DNA of 64,000 nucleotides, taken from contig NZ_JALXBJ010000035.1 of the NCBI RefSeq assembly GCF_026991495.1, forward strand, positions 2,512 to 66,511. Reading direction: 5' to 3'. The translations under genes were made by a program, and so were the position numbers. Numbering within the stretch: the first letter of the stretch is position 1; every line of letters starts with the position of its first letter. The notes below the pieces were generated by a model. The model saw only the letters and a list, made by a program, of their open reading frames with translations. It searched no databases and was not told the origin of the DNA. The stretch comes from Thermococcus sp. GTDB lineage: Archaea; Methanobacteriota_B; Thermococci; Thermococcales; Thermococcaceae. Positions 19,631 to 28,736 of the stretch are shown here, piece by piece.

Positions 19631-19924
19631 TTAGAAAAACCCGCGGAGAGTCTTCAGGAGGAGAAAGGCCCCGATTCCAGTGAGGAGCGTGGAGCCCAAG
19701 AGACCAAGCCTGTAGAGAAGTTCTCGCCGGAACTGGGGGTAAACGATGACGTGAATTATGAGGAGCATGATGCCGTAGAGGAGCGCGAAAAGGCTGAGGG
19801 CAAGTTCCACCTTTACACCAAGCACGAAGAGGACGCCGAGTATGGAGCCGGCCAGTATGGAGATGTTGGGCACGGTAAAGGCGTAGTACTTCAGGAGCAC
19901 CTTCCCCTCTTTCATAGGCCTCAC
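19631..19924 (-). CDS. Small membrane protein (3 TM)
   Basis: Hydrophobic 97-aa ORF overlapping the upstream gene by 4 nt. Confidence 0.65.
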   Translation of the reverse strand: MRPMKEGKVLLKYYAFTVPNISILAGSILGVLFVLGVKVELALSLFALLYGIMLLIIHVIVYPQFRRELLYRLGLLGSTLLTGIGAFLLLKTLRGFF

Positions 19925-20328
19925 TCCGGGATGAATGCGTAAGTTGTTGTAGTGGGGAGGGCCCTCCGGAGCTTGGGGAGCAGGTACCTTGGGTAGAGCT
20001 TCTCAACTCTCTCGTCGAGGGGATCGTAGGTGTTGAGGATTTTGTCCACGACCTTAACAGCAACCCTGCCCCTAACTCTGAAGTGGGCCTTGTCGAGGGG
20101 CCCTATCTCGAGTATTATCGGGAGCAGCAGGGAGTCCATCTCCTCCTCGTCAACGAGTGAGGCTATGAACTCAAGCTCACTCCGCTTAAAACCGTGAACC
20201 TCGCCGTCCCTGAGCACGACGCCCGGCTCCCGCTGATTGAGGAGAGAACTTAGGGGAATCCTCCTCTTAGGCAGGTGAATGTTTATCCGCCCTATCTCGT
20301 GCTGAATTATCCTGTCCACGGATGTCAT
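19921..20328 (-). CDS. DUF61 / UPF0216 family protein
   Basis: INIHLPKRRIPLSSLL..LRDGEVHGF.RSELE..LPIILE. Confidence 0.75.
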   Translation of the reverse strand: MTSVDRIIQHEIGRINIHLPKRRIPLSSLLNQREPGVVLRDGEVHGFKRSELEFIASLVDEEEMDSLLLPIILEIGPLDKAHFRVRGRVAVKVVDKILNTYDPLDERVEKLYPRYLLPKLRRALPTTTTYAFIPE

Positions 20329-20534
20329 ATAGACAGTTCGAGCTCGGGTTGAAAAACGTTGGTTTGCATGTCTATGTTAAAATACCCAAGATAATCGCCA
20401 TTAAATAACCAAAATTATGTTAAAAATCCAAGGTGCGCTTTCACCGCCCGTCAGAGTGACGAAGTTCAGAACATAAAGGTTAAATTATAAATTTATTCAG
20501 CAATATGCGAATTAACTGCATAAAAGTTCAATAG

Positions 20535-21872
20535 GTGATGAAAGAGATGAACGATATTAAGAAGATTGGGGGAGCAGAGGAGATGGGAAAACCGCGTTTT
20601 ATTCAGCTGCTCTTCGTGGACATAAACGGGGCCGCAAAGGGGATGGAGCTTCCAATCTCACGGTACGAAGAGGCAGTGGAGGACGGCATCTCCTTCGACG
20701 GCTCCTCCATACCCGGTTTCCAGGGCATAGAGGACAGCGACCTCATATTCAAGGCCGATCCATCCACCTACGCCGAGGTTCCGTGGGAGGGGATAGCGAG
20801 GGTTTACGGATATATCTACAAGGACGACAAGCCGTATCACGCGGACCCGAGGGGCGTCCTGAAGAAAGCCATAGAAACCCTGGCAAAGGAAGGCTTTAAA
20901 GCCTATATCGGGCCGGAACCTGAGTTTTACCTGTTCAAAAAAGATGGTACCTGGGAACTCCAGATACCGGACAGCGGGGGTTACTTCGACCTCGTAACAC
21001 TCGACAGGGCAAGGGAGATAAGGAGGGAGATAGCACTCTACATGCCCCACCTCGGTCTAACACCAGAGGTCCTCCACCACGAGGTCGGAAGGGCCCAGCA
21101 CGAGATCGACTTCCGCTACGACGAGGCCCTCAGAACTGCCGACAACATAGTCAGCTTCAAGTACGTTGTCAAAGCGGTCGCGGAGCTGCACGGCCTCTAC
21201 GGAACCTTCCTGCCCAAGCCAATATACGGCTTCCCGGGAAACGGCATGCACCTCCACATAAGCCTCTGGAAGGACGGAGAAAACGCCTTCATGGGTGAGG
21301 ACGGGATCAGCGAGACAGCCCTCCACTTTATAGGGGGCATCCTGAAGCACGCGCGGGCCTTGGCGGCCCTCACGAACCCCACCGTCAACAGCTACAAGCG
21401 CCTCGTCCCGGGTTACGAGGCACCGGTCTACGTCAGCTGGGGCTACCGCAACAGGAGCGCGCTGATACGCGTTCCGGCCTTCTGGGGCAACGGCGCGAGG
21501 ATAGAATACCGCTGTCCTGACCCGAGCGCGAACCCGTACCTGGCCTTCGCCGGGATCCTAATGGCCGGCTTGGACGGCATAAAGAGGAAGCTCGAACCTG
21601 ACGCATACGTTGAGACCAACGTCTACGAGATGAGCGAAGGCGAGAGGGAGAGGCTCGGCATCGAGACGCTTCCCGGGAGCCTTGAGGAAGCCCTGGAGGA
21701 GCTCAAGGCGGACAGGGTCGTGAGGGAGAGCCTCGGAAAGGCCTATCACAACTTCGCGGCCCACAAGGAAAGGGAGTGGGAGGAGTACAGCTGCTATATT
21801 GCTGATAGGGGACTGCCGCCGGACACCAAGAAGGTCACGGAGTGGGAGCTGGAGAGGTACTTTTACGTTTAA
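20535..21872 (+). CDS. glnA: Glutamine synthetase type I (exact start uncertain, 20535-20547)
   Basis: FDGSSI, GPEPEFY, HHEVG..QHEI, NGMHLH, RNRSALIRVP, RIEYRCPDPSANPY. Confidence 0.97.
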   Translation: MMKEMNDIKKIGGAEEMGKPRFIQLLFVDINGAAKGMELPISRYEEAVEDGISFDGSSIPGFQGIEDSDLIFKADPSTYAEVPWEGIARVYGYIYKDDKPYHADPRGVLKKAIETLAKEGFKAYIGPEPEFYLFKKDGTWELQIPDSGGYFDLVTLDRAREIRREIALYMPHLGLTPEVLHHEVGRAQHEIDFRYDEALRTADNIVSFKYVVKAVAELHGLYGTFLPKPIYGFPGNGMHLHISLWKDGENAFMGEDGISETALHFIGGILKHARALAALTNPTVNSYKRLVPGYEAPVYVSWGYRNRSALIRVPAFWGNGARIEYRCPDPSANPYLAFAGILMAGLDGIKRKLEPDAYVETNVYEMSEGERERLGIETLPGSLEEALEELKADRVVRESLGKAYHNFAAHKEREWEEYSCYIADRGLPPDTKKVTEWELERYFYV

Positions 21873-22744
21873 TGAACCTCCTCCAAGGAGGCTTCCTCCG
21901 GTTTCTCCCCCTTCTTAACGTGCACGACAACCGAGCCGCCTATTATTAGAACCGCCCCAAGGATCTGGGGGATGGTCAGCTCTTCACCGAAGAGGACGTA
22001 AGCCAGCGCTATGGCAACGACTGGCTCAACGGTTGCCACTATGCTCGCCCTGCTAACCTCAACTTCCCTGAGGGCGTGGTTGTAGAGGACGTAGCCGAGA
22101 AAGGTCGGGAAGAAGGCCAGCCCGAGGAGGTAGGGAACCGCGCCGGAGGGGATGGAGAACTTCGAGAAGGGGGCCAGGTAGAGCAGCCCAAAGAACAGCG
22201 TCATGAAGAGAACCCTCTCCGGTCTCTCGTCCCTGACCCCGAACTTCGCCATGATACCGTACAGTGAGTAGACGAAGCCGGTACTTATTCCAGTGGCAAG
22301 GGGGAGCAGTCCGACGTTGAAGTCAACGTCCCCGGCGACGAGGACGACCCCGAGCAGAACCATGAGAAGGGCGATGGCTTTCTCAAGGGTCACCGGCTCC
22401 CCAAATACAAGCCGGCCGAGAACCACAGAGAAGGCTGGAGCGGTGTAGACGAGGAGAACGGCGAAGCCCACCGAGGATATCTTGACCGTGTAGAAGTAGA
22501 GCGTGTAGAAGGCGAAGACCCCAATGAGGCCGTAGACAGCGTAGAAGGAGATCCTCCTCCTTGTGAAGGGATTCTCGCGGAGGAACAGGGCTATATAAGA
22601 GCCGAGGATCATGAGGGCGAAGAGAACCCTCCAGAAGACCATCGTGAAGGAGTCAACGCCGTAGCGGTAGATGTAGGTGGCGAATATTCCAAGGGTTCCC
22701 CACATGCTCGCAGCGAGAAAAACCAAAAGGTAGCCGCGTTTCAT
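21869..22744 (-). CDS. EamA/DMT family transporter
   Basis: AASMWGTLGIF, LLVYTAP, VATVEPVVA duplicated EamA architecture. Confidence 0.9.
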   Translation of the reverse strand: MKRGYLLVFLAASMWGTLGIFATYIYRYGVDSFTMVFWRVLFALMILGSYIALFLRENPFTRRRISFYAVYGLIGVFAFYTLYFYTVKISSVGFAVLLVYTAPAFSVVLGRLVFGEPVTLEKAIALLMVLLGVVLVAGDVDFNVGLLPLATGISTGFVYSLYGIMAKFGVRDERPERVLFMTLFFGLLYLAPFSKFSIPSGAVPYLLGLAFFPTFLGYVLYNHALREVEVSRASIVATVEPVVAIALAYVLFGEELTIPQILGAVLIIGGSVVVHVKKGEKPEEASLEEVH

Positions 22745-22753
22745 GGGTTCACC

Positions 22754-23518
22754 TCAGAAGGAGGGGCCGAGGGGAAGCCTTCTCTTGTGCTCGCTTTCCT
22801 TTACGAGCCTCTCGACGTGCTCGACGGTTTCAGCGCCTATGCCGAGTTCTTCCGCGATCTTATCCCTTGGCATCTTGAGGTCAACGAGGCGCCAGAGGAT
22901 CTCATCAAGCAGGCGGTAGCTTATTCCGAGCTCGTCCTCATCAGTCTGCCCCTCCCAGAGGCCAGCAGTGGGCTTCTTCTCAATTATCCTCCCCGGAACG
23001 CCGAGTAGCTTCGCCATCTCCCAGACCTCGGTTTTGTACAGGTTTATAAGCGGCGCGTAATCGCTCGCACCATCGCCCCACTTCGTGAAGTAGCCCGTGA
23101 GCAGTTCGCTCCTGTTGCTCGTTCCCAAAACCAATCGGTTCATCTGGTTGGCGTGGGCGTAGAGGAGGACCATCCTCGTCCTGACCATTACGTTGCCCAA
23201 AGCCTTTTTATCAAGCTGGAAGCCGAGGCTCTCCACGAATGCGTTGACGATGGGTTTTATGCTTATCAGCCTGCACTCTATCCCAAGGCTCTCGCAGACG
23301 AGCTTGGCATCTTCAACGTCTCCGTTCGCGTAGTAAGGCATTATGAGGCCGAGGACGCGGCCCTTCCCGAGCGCCCTCACCGCTAAGTAAGCCGTCGTCG
23401 CGCTGTCTATTCCACCGCTTATCCCCACGACAACGCCTTCCGCGCCGGCCTCTTCAACCTTCCGCGAGATAAAACCCGTTATCTTCTCTAAGGCTTCCCC
23501 ATAGTTGAGGGTCCTCAA
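22754..23518 (-). CDS. nadE: NH3-dependent NAD+ synthetase
   Basis: [48 protein letters not shown]. Confidence 0.96.
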   Translation of the reverse strand: MRTLNYGEALEKITGFISRKVEEAGAEGVVVGISGGIDSATTAYLAVRALGKGRVLGLIMPYYANGDVEDAKLVCESLGIECRLISIKPIVNAFVESLGFQLDKKALGNVMVRTRMVLLYAHANQMNRLVLGTSNRSELLTGYFTKWGDGASDYAPLINLYKTEVWEMAKLLGVPGRIIEKKPTAGLWEGQTDEDELGISYRLLDEILWRLVDLKMPRDKIAEELGIGAETVEHVERLVKESEHKRRLPLGPSF

Positions 23519-23522
23519 AGTA

Positions 23523-23978
23523 TCACCCCCTCAGGGCTTTTTCAAGTCCAAGCCAAGCTAATATGGTGCCGACTATCGCGAGAACGAAAGCCGGGATAGC
23601 CAGTGAGGAGTAGGGGTAGTCAAGGGCGCTAACCCTGTAGGTGTAGGTAACGCATCCGCTCAGCACGTCAACGTAGGGCCTTCCATTGGGATGGAGGGTA
23701 AGGTTGCCCGTTATGTTGTAGGCGGTGTAGTGTCCGTTCACGACTACTTCTACGCTGGCGTTTTTTGAGCTCAGTTTGAGCGTCCTGTTGGTTACCGTGG
23801 CCCCTTCGAGCGTCGAGTTGCCGAGCAGGTACTGGCCGCTCCTCATGGTTCCGGTCTTTGAGTACTCAAGCGGGGTGAAGTGAAACACGGCAACGGCGGA
23901 CATCAGGAGGGCCAGCAGGATGAAGGAGAAGCCGAGGAGGAAAACCCTCGACCGAAAAACGGTGGAAAAAGAAACCAT
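23523..23978 (-). CDS. Hypothetical membrane protein (N- and C-terminal TM around a beta domain)
   Basis: Start set at ATG 23978 after GGTGG; hydrophobic termini. Confidence 0.6.
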   Translation of the reverse strand: MVSFSTVFRSRVFLLGFSFILLALLMSAVAVFHFTPLEYSKTGTMRSGQYLLGNSTLEGATVTNRTLKLSSKNASVEVVVNGHYTAYNITGNLTLHPNGRPYVDVLSGCVTYTYRVSALDYPYSSLAIPAFVLAIVGTILAWLGLEKALRG

Positions 23979-23991
23979 TGGGGGCCACCGC

Positions 23992-24999
23992 TCAGAATTT
24001 TCCGACGAGGTGGCACTCGGCCCAGTGGTTGTGCTCGTACTCAACGAGCTTTGGCTGCTCAACGTCGCAGAGCCCCTTCTGGGCGTAGATGCACCTCGGG
24101 TGGAAGCGGCAGCCGGGCGGGATCTCAACGGCGCTCGGAACCTCACCCCTGATCGGAAGCTCCTTGATGACGTTCCTCCTCTCTGGCTTCGGCTCCGGAA
24201 CGGCCGCCAAGAGCGCCCTCGTGTAGGGATGGAGCGGGTTGTCGATGATCCTCTTGGCCGGGCCCATCTCCACTATCCTTCCAAGGTACATCACGGCTAT
24301 CCAGTCCGCGAAGTACCTGGCCGTTGAGAGGTCGTGGGTGATGTAGAGGTAGGTAACGCCCATCCTGTCCTTGAGGTCCTTCATGAGTTCGAGGATCTCG
24401 GCACGGATCGAGACGTCGAGCATCGAAACAGGCTCGTCGGCAACTATGAAGGTCGGGTTCAGGATGAGGGCCCTCGCTATCGCAACGCGCTGCCTCTGAC
24501 CGCCGGAGAGCATGTGCGGGAACCTGCTGACGTAGTCCTCGGGTGGGGTGACCTTGACCATTTCGAGGGCCTTGTAGATGAGCTCCTCGCGCTCCGCCCT
24601 GGTCTCACCGATGCCGTGGATGAGGAGCGGCTCTTCGAGGACGTCGAATATTCTGAAGCGCGGGTTGAGGGAAGCAAAGGGATCCTGGAAGATCATCTGA
24701 ACCTTTCTCCTGTAGGCGAGCACCTCCTCCTTTGTCCTGACCTCCGTAACGTCCTGTCCTTCGAGGTATATCTTACCGTCCGTGGGCTCAAGGAGCTTTA
24801 CTATGAGCCTGCCCGTGGTTGACTTTCCACAGCCGCTCTCGCCGACGAGGGCGAAGACCTGCTGCTTGTATATCTCGAAGTTGACCCCATCAACGGCGTG
24901 AACAAAGCGCTCCGGCTCGCCGCGGAGGCTCGCTAAGAGGCCCCTCTTGAGCGGGAAGTACTTCTTGAGGTTTTCAACCTTGAGTATCGGCTCCGCCAT
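23992..24999 (-). CDS. dppF: Oligo/dipeptide ABC transporter ATP-binding subunit
   Basis: GESGCGKST, LSGGQRQR, PLHPYTRALL, CRFHPRC. Confidence 0.93.
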   Translation of the reverse strand: MAEPILKVENLKKYFPLKRGLLASLRGEPERFVHAVDGVNFEIYKQQVFALVGESGCGKSTTGRLIVKLLEPTDGKIYLEGQDVTEVRTKEEVLAYRRKVQMIFQDPFASLNPRFRIFDVLEEPLLIHGIGETRAEREELIYKALEMVKVTPPEDYVSRFPHMLSGGQRQRVAIARALILNPTFIVADEPVSMLDVSIRAEILELMKDLKDRMGVTYLYITHDLSTARYFADWIAVMYLGRIVEMGPAKRIIDNPLHPYTRALLAAVPEPKPERRNVIKELPIRGEVPSAVEIPPGCRFHPRCIYAQKGLCDVEQPKLVEYEHNHWAECHLVGKF

Positions 25000-25009
25000 C
25001 GTTCACACC

Positions 25010-25969
25010 TCACAGCAGCCAGCATGCGGCGTAGTGATCCTTATCAATCTCCTTAAGCTCGGGCTCCTGCTCCCTGCAGACGTCCATGGCATAGGGGCAC
25101 CTTGGATGGAAGCGGCACCCCTTTGGCGGGTTGATGAGGTTAGGCGGCTGTCCCGGGATGAACTCAAGCTTCTCAACGTCCTCGTGCAGTCTCGGTATTG
25201 CCGCGAGGAGCTTCTGAGTGTACGGGTGTGCCGGCTCGTAGTAGATCTTCTCGCTGTCGCCGATCTCGACGATCTTTCCGGCGTACATTATGGCCACCTT
25301 GTCGCTTATCTCCGCGAGTATGCTGAGGTCATGGGTGATGAATATCATTGAGAGGCCGAGCTCCTTCTTAAGACGCTTCATGAGGTTGATTATCTGGGCC
25401 TGGACGACAACGTCCAAGGCGGTCGTGGGCTCGTCCGCTATGACGACGCTCGGCTCCATGAGGAGGGCCATTGCTATGATGACGCGCTGCTTCATACCCC
25501 CGCTGAGCTCATGCGGGTAGCGGTAGACCACCTCCGGGTCGAGGCCCACGAGCTCGAGGTACTTCTGCGCCCTGTCGAGGGCTTCTTCCTGCTTCATGCC
25601 CTTGTGGTAGATGAGGGGCTCCGTCATCTGGTAGCCGACTGTGAAGACAGGGTTGAGGGCGTTCATCGCACCCTGAAAGATCATGGAGATCTTTTCCCAC
25701 CTTACCTCCTTCCTGAGAACGTCCTCGGGGAGGCCGACTATCTCCCTCCCGTCCACCTTGATGCTACCGTCCACTATCTTGCCGGGGGGAGTTGGCATGC
25801 CCAAAAGGGTAAAGCCGAGGGAGGACTTACCGCAGCCGCTCTCGCCGGCAAGCCCCATGACCTCTCCCTTCTTGAGGTCGAAGGAGACGTCGTCCACTGC
25901 CTTGACGACGCCCTTGCTGGTGAAGTAATACATCTTGAGGTTCTTAACCTCGAGTACTGTCTTGGCCAT
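25010..25969 (-). CDS. dppD: Oligo/dipeptide ABC transporter ATP-binding subunit
   Basis: GESGCGKSS, YPHELSGGMKQR, HPYTQKLL, CRFHPRC. Confidence 0.93.
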   Translation of the reverse strand: MAKTVLEVKNLKMYYFTSKGVVKAVDDVSFDLKKGEVMGLAGESGCGKSSLGFTLLGMPTPPGKIVDGSIKVDGREIVGLPEDVLRKEVRWEKISMIFQGAMNALNPVFTVGYQMTEPLIYHKGMKQEEALDRAQKYLELVGLDPEVVYRYPHELSGGMKQRVIIAMALLMEPSVVIADEPTTALDVVVQAQIINLMKRLKKELGLSMIFITHDLSILAEISDKVAIMYAGKIVEIGDSEKIYYEPAHPYTQKLLAAIPRLHEDVEKLEFIPGQPPNLINPPKGCRFHPRCPYAMDVCREQEPELKEIDKDHYAACWLL

Positions 25970-25979
25970 TCAAACCACC

Positions 25980-27530
25980 TCACGCACGCTTGAGCCTCGG
26001 GTTCAGGACTGTGTCGAGGGACACACCTATCAGGACGAATATGAGTCCGACTGTGGCTATTGCGAGTCCGGGCGGGATAACCTGCCACCAGTAGCCGTTT
26101 ATTGTTGCACCGTTCGCATGGGCATCGTTCAGCATCCTGCCCCAGCTTATCATGTTCGGGTTGGTGAGGCCGAGGAAGCTCAGTCCAGCTTCGCTGAGTA
26201 TTGCCCCGGGAACGCTGAGGGCTATGTTGGCGAAGGCGTACGGGAGGAGCTGCGGGACGATGTGCTTGAAGACTATCCTACCTGTCCCAGCACCGAGGGA
26301 TCTGGCGGCTTCAATGTAGGTCTGCTCCTTGATCTGCAGTGCCATACTTCTGGCTACTTTGGCCGTCCCCATCCAGCCGAAGAGGACGAGGATCCCAACG
26401 AGCTGGGCAAGGGAGATCTTGCCGCCGAAGTAGAGCGAGAGCAGGATGAGCATCGGAAGCACTGGGAGAGTCATCATGAACTCATTGAACCTCTGGAGAA
26501 ACTCATCCACCCAGCCGCCTACGTAGGCGCTCGTAACACCGTAGAGGATACCTATTAAGACAGTGCTTATGGCAACTGAAAGGCCTATGGCCATGGCTAT
26601 TCTAATGCCCCACAGGAGTCCAATGGCTATAGGCCTTCCGTACTGATCTGTCCCGAGGAGCCCATACGTTCTTCCGACCATTACAACCTCAAGGTTGTTG
26701 AGATTAACACTCACACCCTTCGGAGCGCTTATGAGCAATGTAAACTTGTAATTCCCCATTAGCCCTGTCGTGTTGTAAATGATCCTTCTAAGGGGAAGCA
26801 GGTGACCCTTGCCATCGGTTATCTGGCCGAAGAGTATCTTCATCGGATCAGCGCTCTGGAAGTAGCCGTAGAGGGTGTTGTTCATCTGGAGCTGCTGGTT
26901 GAGCTGCAGTAGCCTTATGTTGAGTGGTAGCTGGGGCTGCAGCGGCATCAGGAGGTGGAAGACGCCGTTCTCGTAGAGCCAGTAGAACAGCAGGGTCTTG
27001 ACCTGTGGGGTGTAGCTGAGCTGTATTGAACCGCCGTTGGGAAAGGGTGAGTCCTGGAGAAGCAGTATGTTCTCGTACTTAACCCCCTTCTCCTTCGGCC
27101 TCTGAACCATGATGGAGACCTTGGGGTTGTCCTTCGGGGTGGATGCGTTGGATGAGATACCCATGATAGCTATGTCTTTTGGTGGAACGTTGTACCTCAT
27201 ATCATAATTGAAGGTGATGGTGTAGACATTCTGGCTGCCGTTTACCTGGTGCTTCACCTGCATATCCCCGAGCTTGAAGACCTTTTGAGGAGCCTTCTTA
27301 ACGCTGCTGAAGTAGTTCTCCCATGAGGGGGGGGCGTTCTTCGGGTTGGTAATCCACGCATGCCCTCCAGGTTGCCATTCCTTGGGGATGTTTGGGCTCG
27401 TGAGGACTGGGGCCGCGAAGGCCAGGACAACGAGGATAATCAGCAAAGCCAGCCCCACCATACCCGACGTCTGGTGCTTGTACTCGCTCCAGAACCTCTT
27501 GACGCTGTCCTTGAAGTCAACCCACCTCAT
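25980..27530 (-). CDS. dppC: Peptide ABC transporter permease with a large extracellular domain
   Basis: LGTDQYGR, YIEAARSLGA EAA loop, SWGRML. Confidence 0.9.
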   Translation of the reverse strand: MRWVDFKDSVKRFWSEYKHQTSGMVGLALLIILVVLAFAAPVLTSPNIPKEWQPGGHAWITNPKNAPPSWENYFSSVKKAPQKVFKLGDMQVKHQVNGSQNVYTITFNYDMRYNVPPKDIAIMGISSNASTPKDNPKVSIMVQRPKEKGVKYENILLLQDSPFPNGGSIQLSYTPQVKTLLFYWLYENGVFHLLMPLQPQLPLNIRLLQLNQQLQMNNTLYGYFQSADPMKILFGQITDGKGHLLPLRRIIYNTTGLMGNYKFTLLISAPKGVSVNLNNLEVVMVGRTYGLLGTDQYGRPIAIGLLWGIRIAMAIGLSVAISTVLIGILYGVTSAYVGGWVDEFLQRFNEFMMTLPVLPMLILLSLYFGGKISLAQLVGILVLFGWMGTAKVARSMALQIKEQTYIEAARSLGAGTGRIVFKHIVPQLLPYAFANIALSVPGAILSEAGLSFLGLTNPNMISWGRMLNDAHANGATINGYWWQVIPPGLAIATVGLIFVLIGVSLDTVLNPRLKRA

Positions 27531-27540
27531 TCAAACCACC

Positions 27541-28581
27541 TCACGACCTCGCTGCGGCACCGACCCTGACGCGCGGGTCAAGGTAGCCGTAGAGTATGTC
27601 TGCCAGCACCATTGAGAACACGAACAGGAAGGCGAACATGTAGTTGAGCGCCATCATAGTCCTCACTGCGTTAAGCCCAAGTGCTTCCCAGTACAGACGC
27701 CCCATCCCCGGCCAGTTGAAAACTATCTCCGTGATTATTGCACCGTTCATTGAGCCCAACATTGCGAAGATGATCATTGTGACTATTGGAGGAGCCGCCG
27801 CCTTGAGTGCGTGCCCGTAGATGACCTTCCTCTCGGGGACACCCTTTGCCCTGGCGACCATTATGAAGTCCTCCTGCATCGTGCCTATCATTATGTTCCT
27901 GATGATCCAAGACCAGCCCCCGAAGGAGACCGTGACTATGGTCAGCACTGGGAGGCTCATTTTCTTGAGTATGTTGACCCATCCCGAAACCGCCACCTGC
28001 GAGTACAGGGTTATTGGCAGCCAGCCGAGGTAGACTACGAAGAGCAGTATCATGAGCATTCCCAGCCACCACATCGGAAGGCTTGTTGTGAGCATTGCCA
28101 GTATGGAGATCGTTCTGTCTAAGAGACTCCCCGGTATCTGGGCGCTTTTAACCCCGAGGGCAAGGCCTATGAGGATTATGATCACCTGTGCAGTTGTGAA
28201 TAGCAGTATGGTTCGCGCGAGCGCACCCTCTATCTGTTTAACCACGCTATGGGTTCCAAAAACCGGCGGGATGGAATTGCCCCATCTGAAGAGTAGCGTG
28301 TCCACCGTGTACATCCAGGTTCTTCCCCAGTAGGATTTGTCGAGTCCATATTGGTGCATCAGCTGCGCCTTGTAGCTCAGGATCTGCTCCTGGGTCGGGG
28401 CCCTGTGGTGGGCCTTGAAATAGCTTTGAACCCACATTTGAACATCCGAATCAACCTGCGCAGTGTACTGAATCGTGGCCAGTTTGGTGAAGAGGGCCGA
28501 CATCAGCAACACTGCGAGGAACAAAATAATTACAGCATTTACAATCCTGTAAGCCACGTATTTTCCGAAGCCCATTGCCAT
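27541..28581 (-). CDS. dppB: Peptide ABC transporter permease
   Basis: YGLDKSY, EDFIMVARAKGVPE, TEIVFNWPGMG, YGYLDPRVR. Confidence 0.92.
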   Translation of the reverse strand: MAMGFGKYVAYRIVNAVIILFLAVLLMSALFTKLATIQYTAQVDSDVQMWVQSYFKAHHRAPTQEQILSYKAQLMHQYGLDKSYWGRTWMYTVDTLLFRWGNSIPPVFGTHSVVKQIEGALARTILLFTTAQVIIILIGLALGVKSAQIPGSLLDRTISILAMLTTSLPMWWLGMLMILLFVVYLGWLPITLYSQVAVSGWVNILKKMSLPVLTIVTVSFGGWSWIIRNIMIGTMQEDFIMVARAKGVPERKVIYGHALKAAAPPIVTMIIFAMLGSMNGAIITEIVFNWPGMGRLYWEALGLNAVRTMMALNYMFAFLFVFSMVLADILYGYLDPRVRVGAAARS

Positions 28582-28736
28582 TTTAACCCCTCCAGACGTT
28601 GCCAGCTATGCTCGTCAAGGGTCAAGTTTTACGTGAAAGTTAAAGTTTAAATAGTTTTCCCAAAGGAGCACATGCGTACAAATGAATACATCCGGGCTAA
28701 GAGGTACATAAGAGAAAAGACAAAAGGGAAAAGGAT

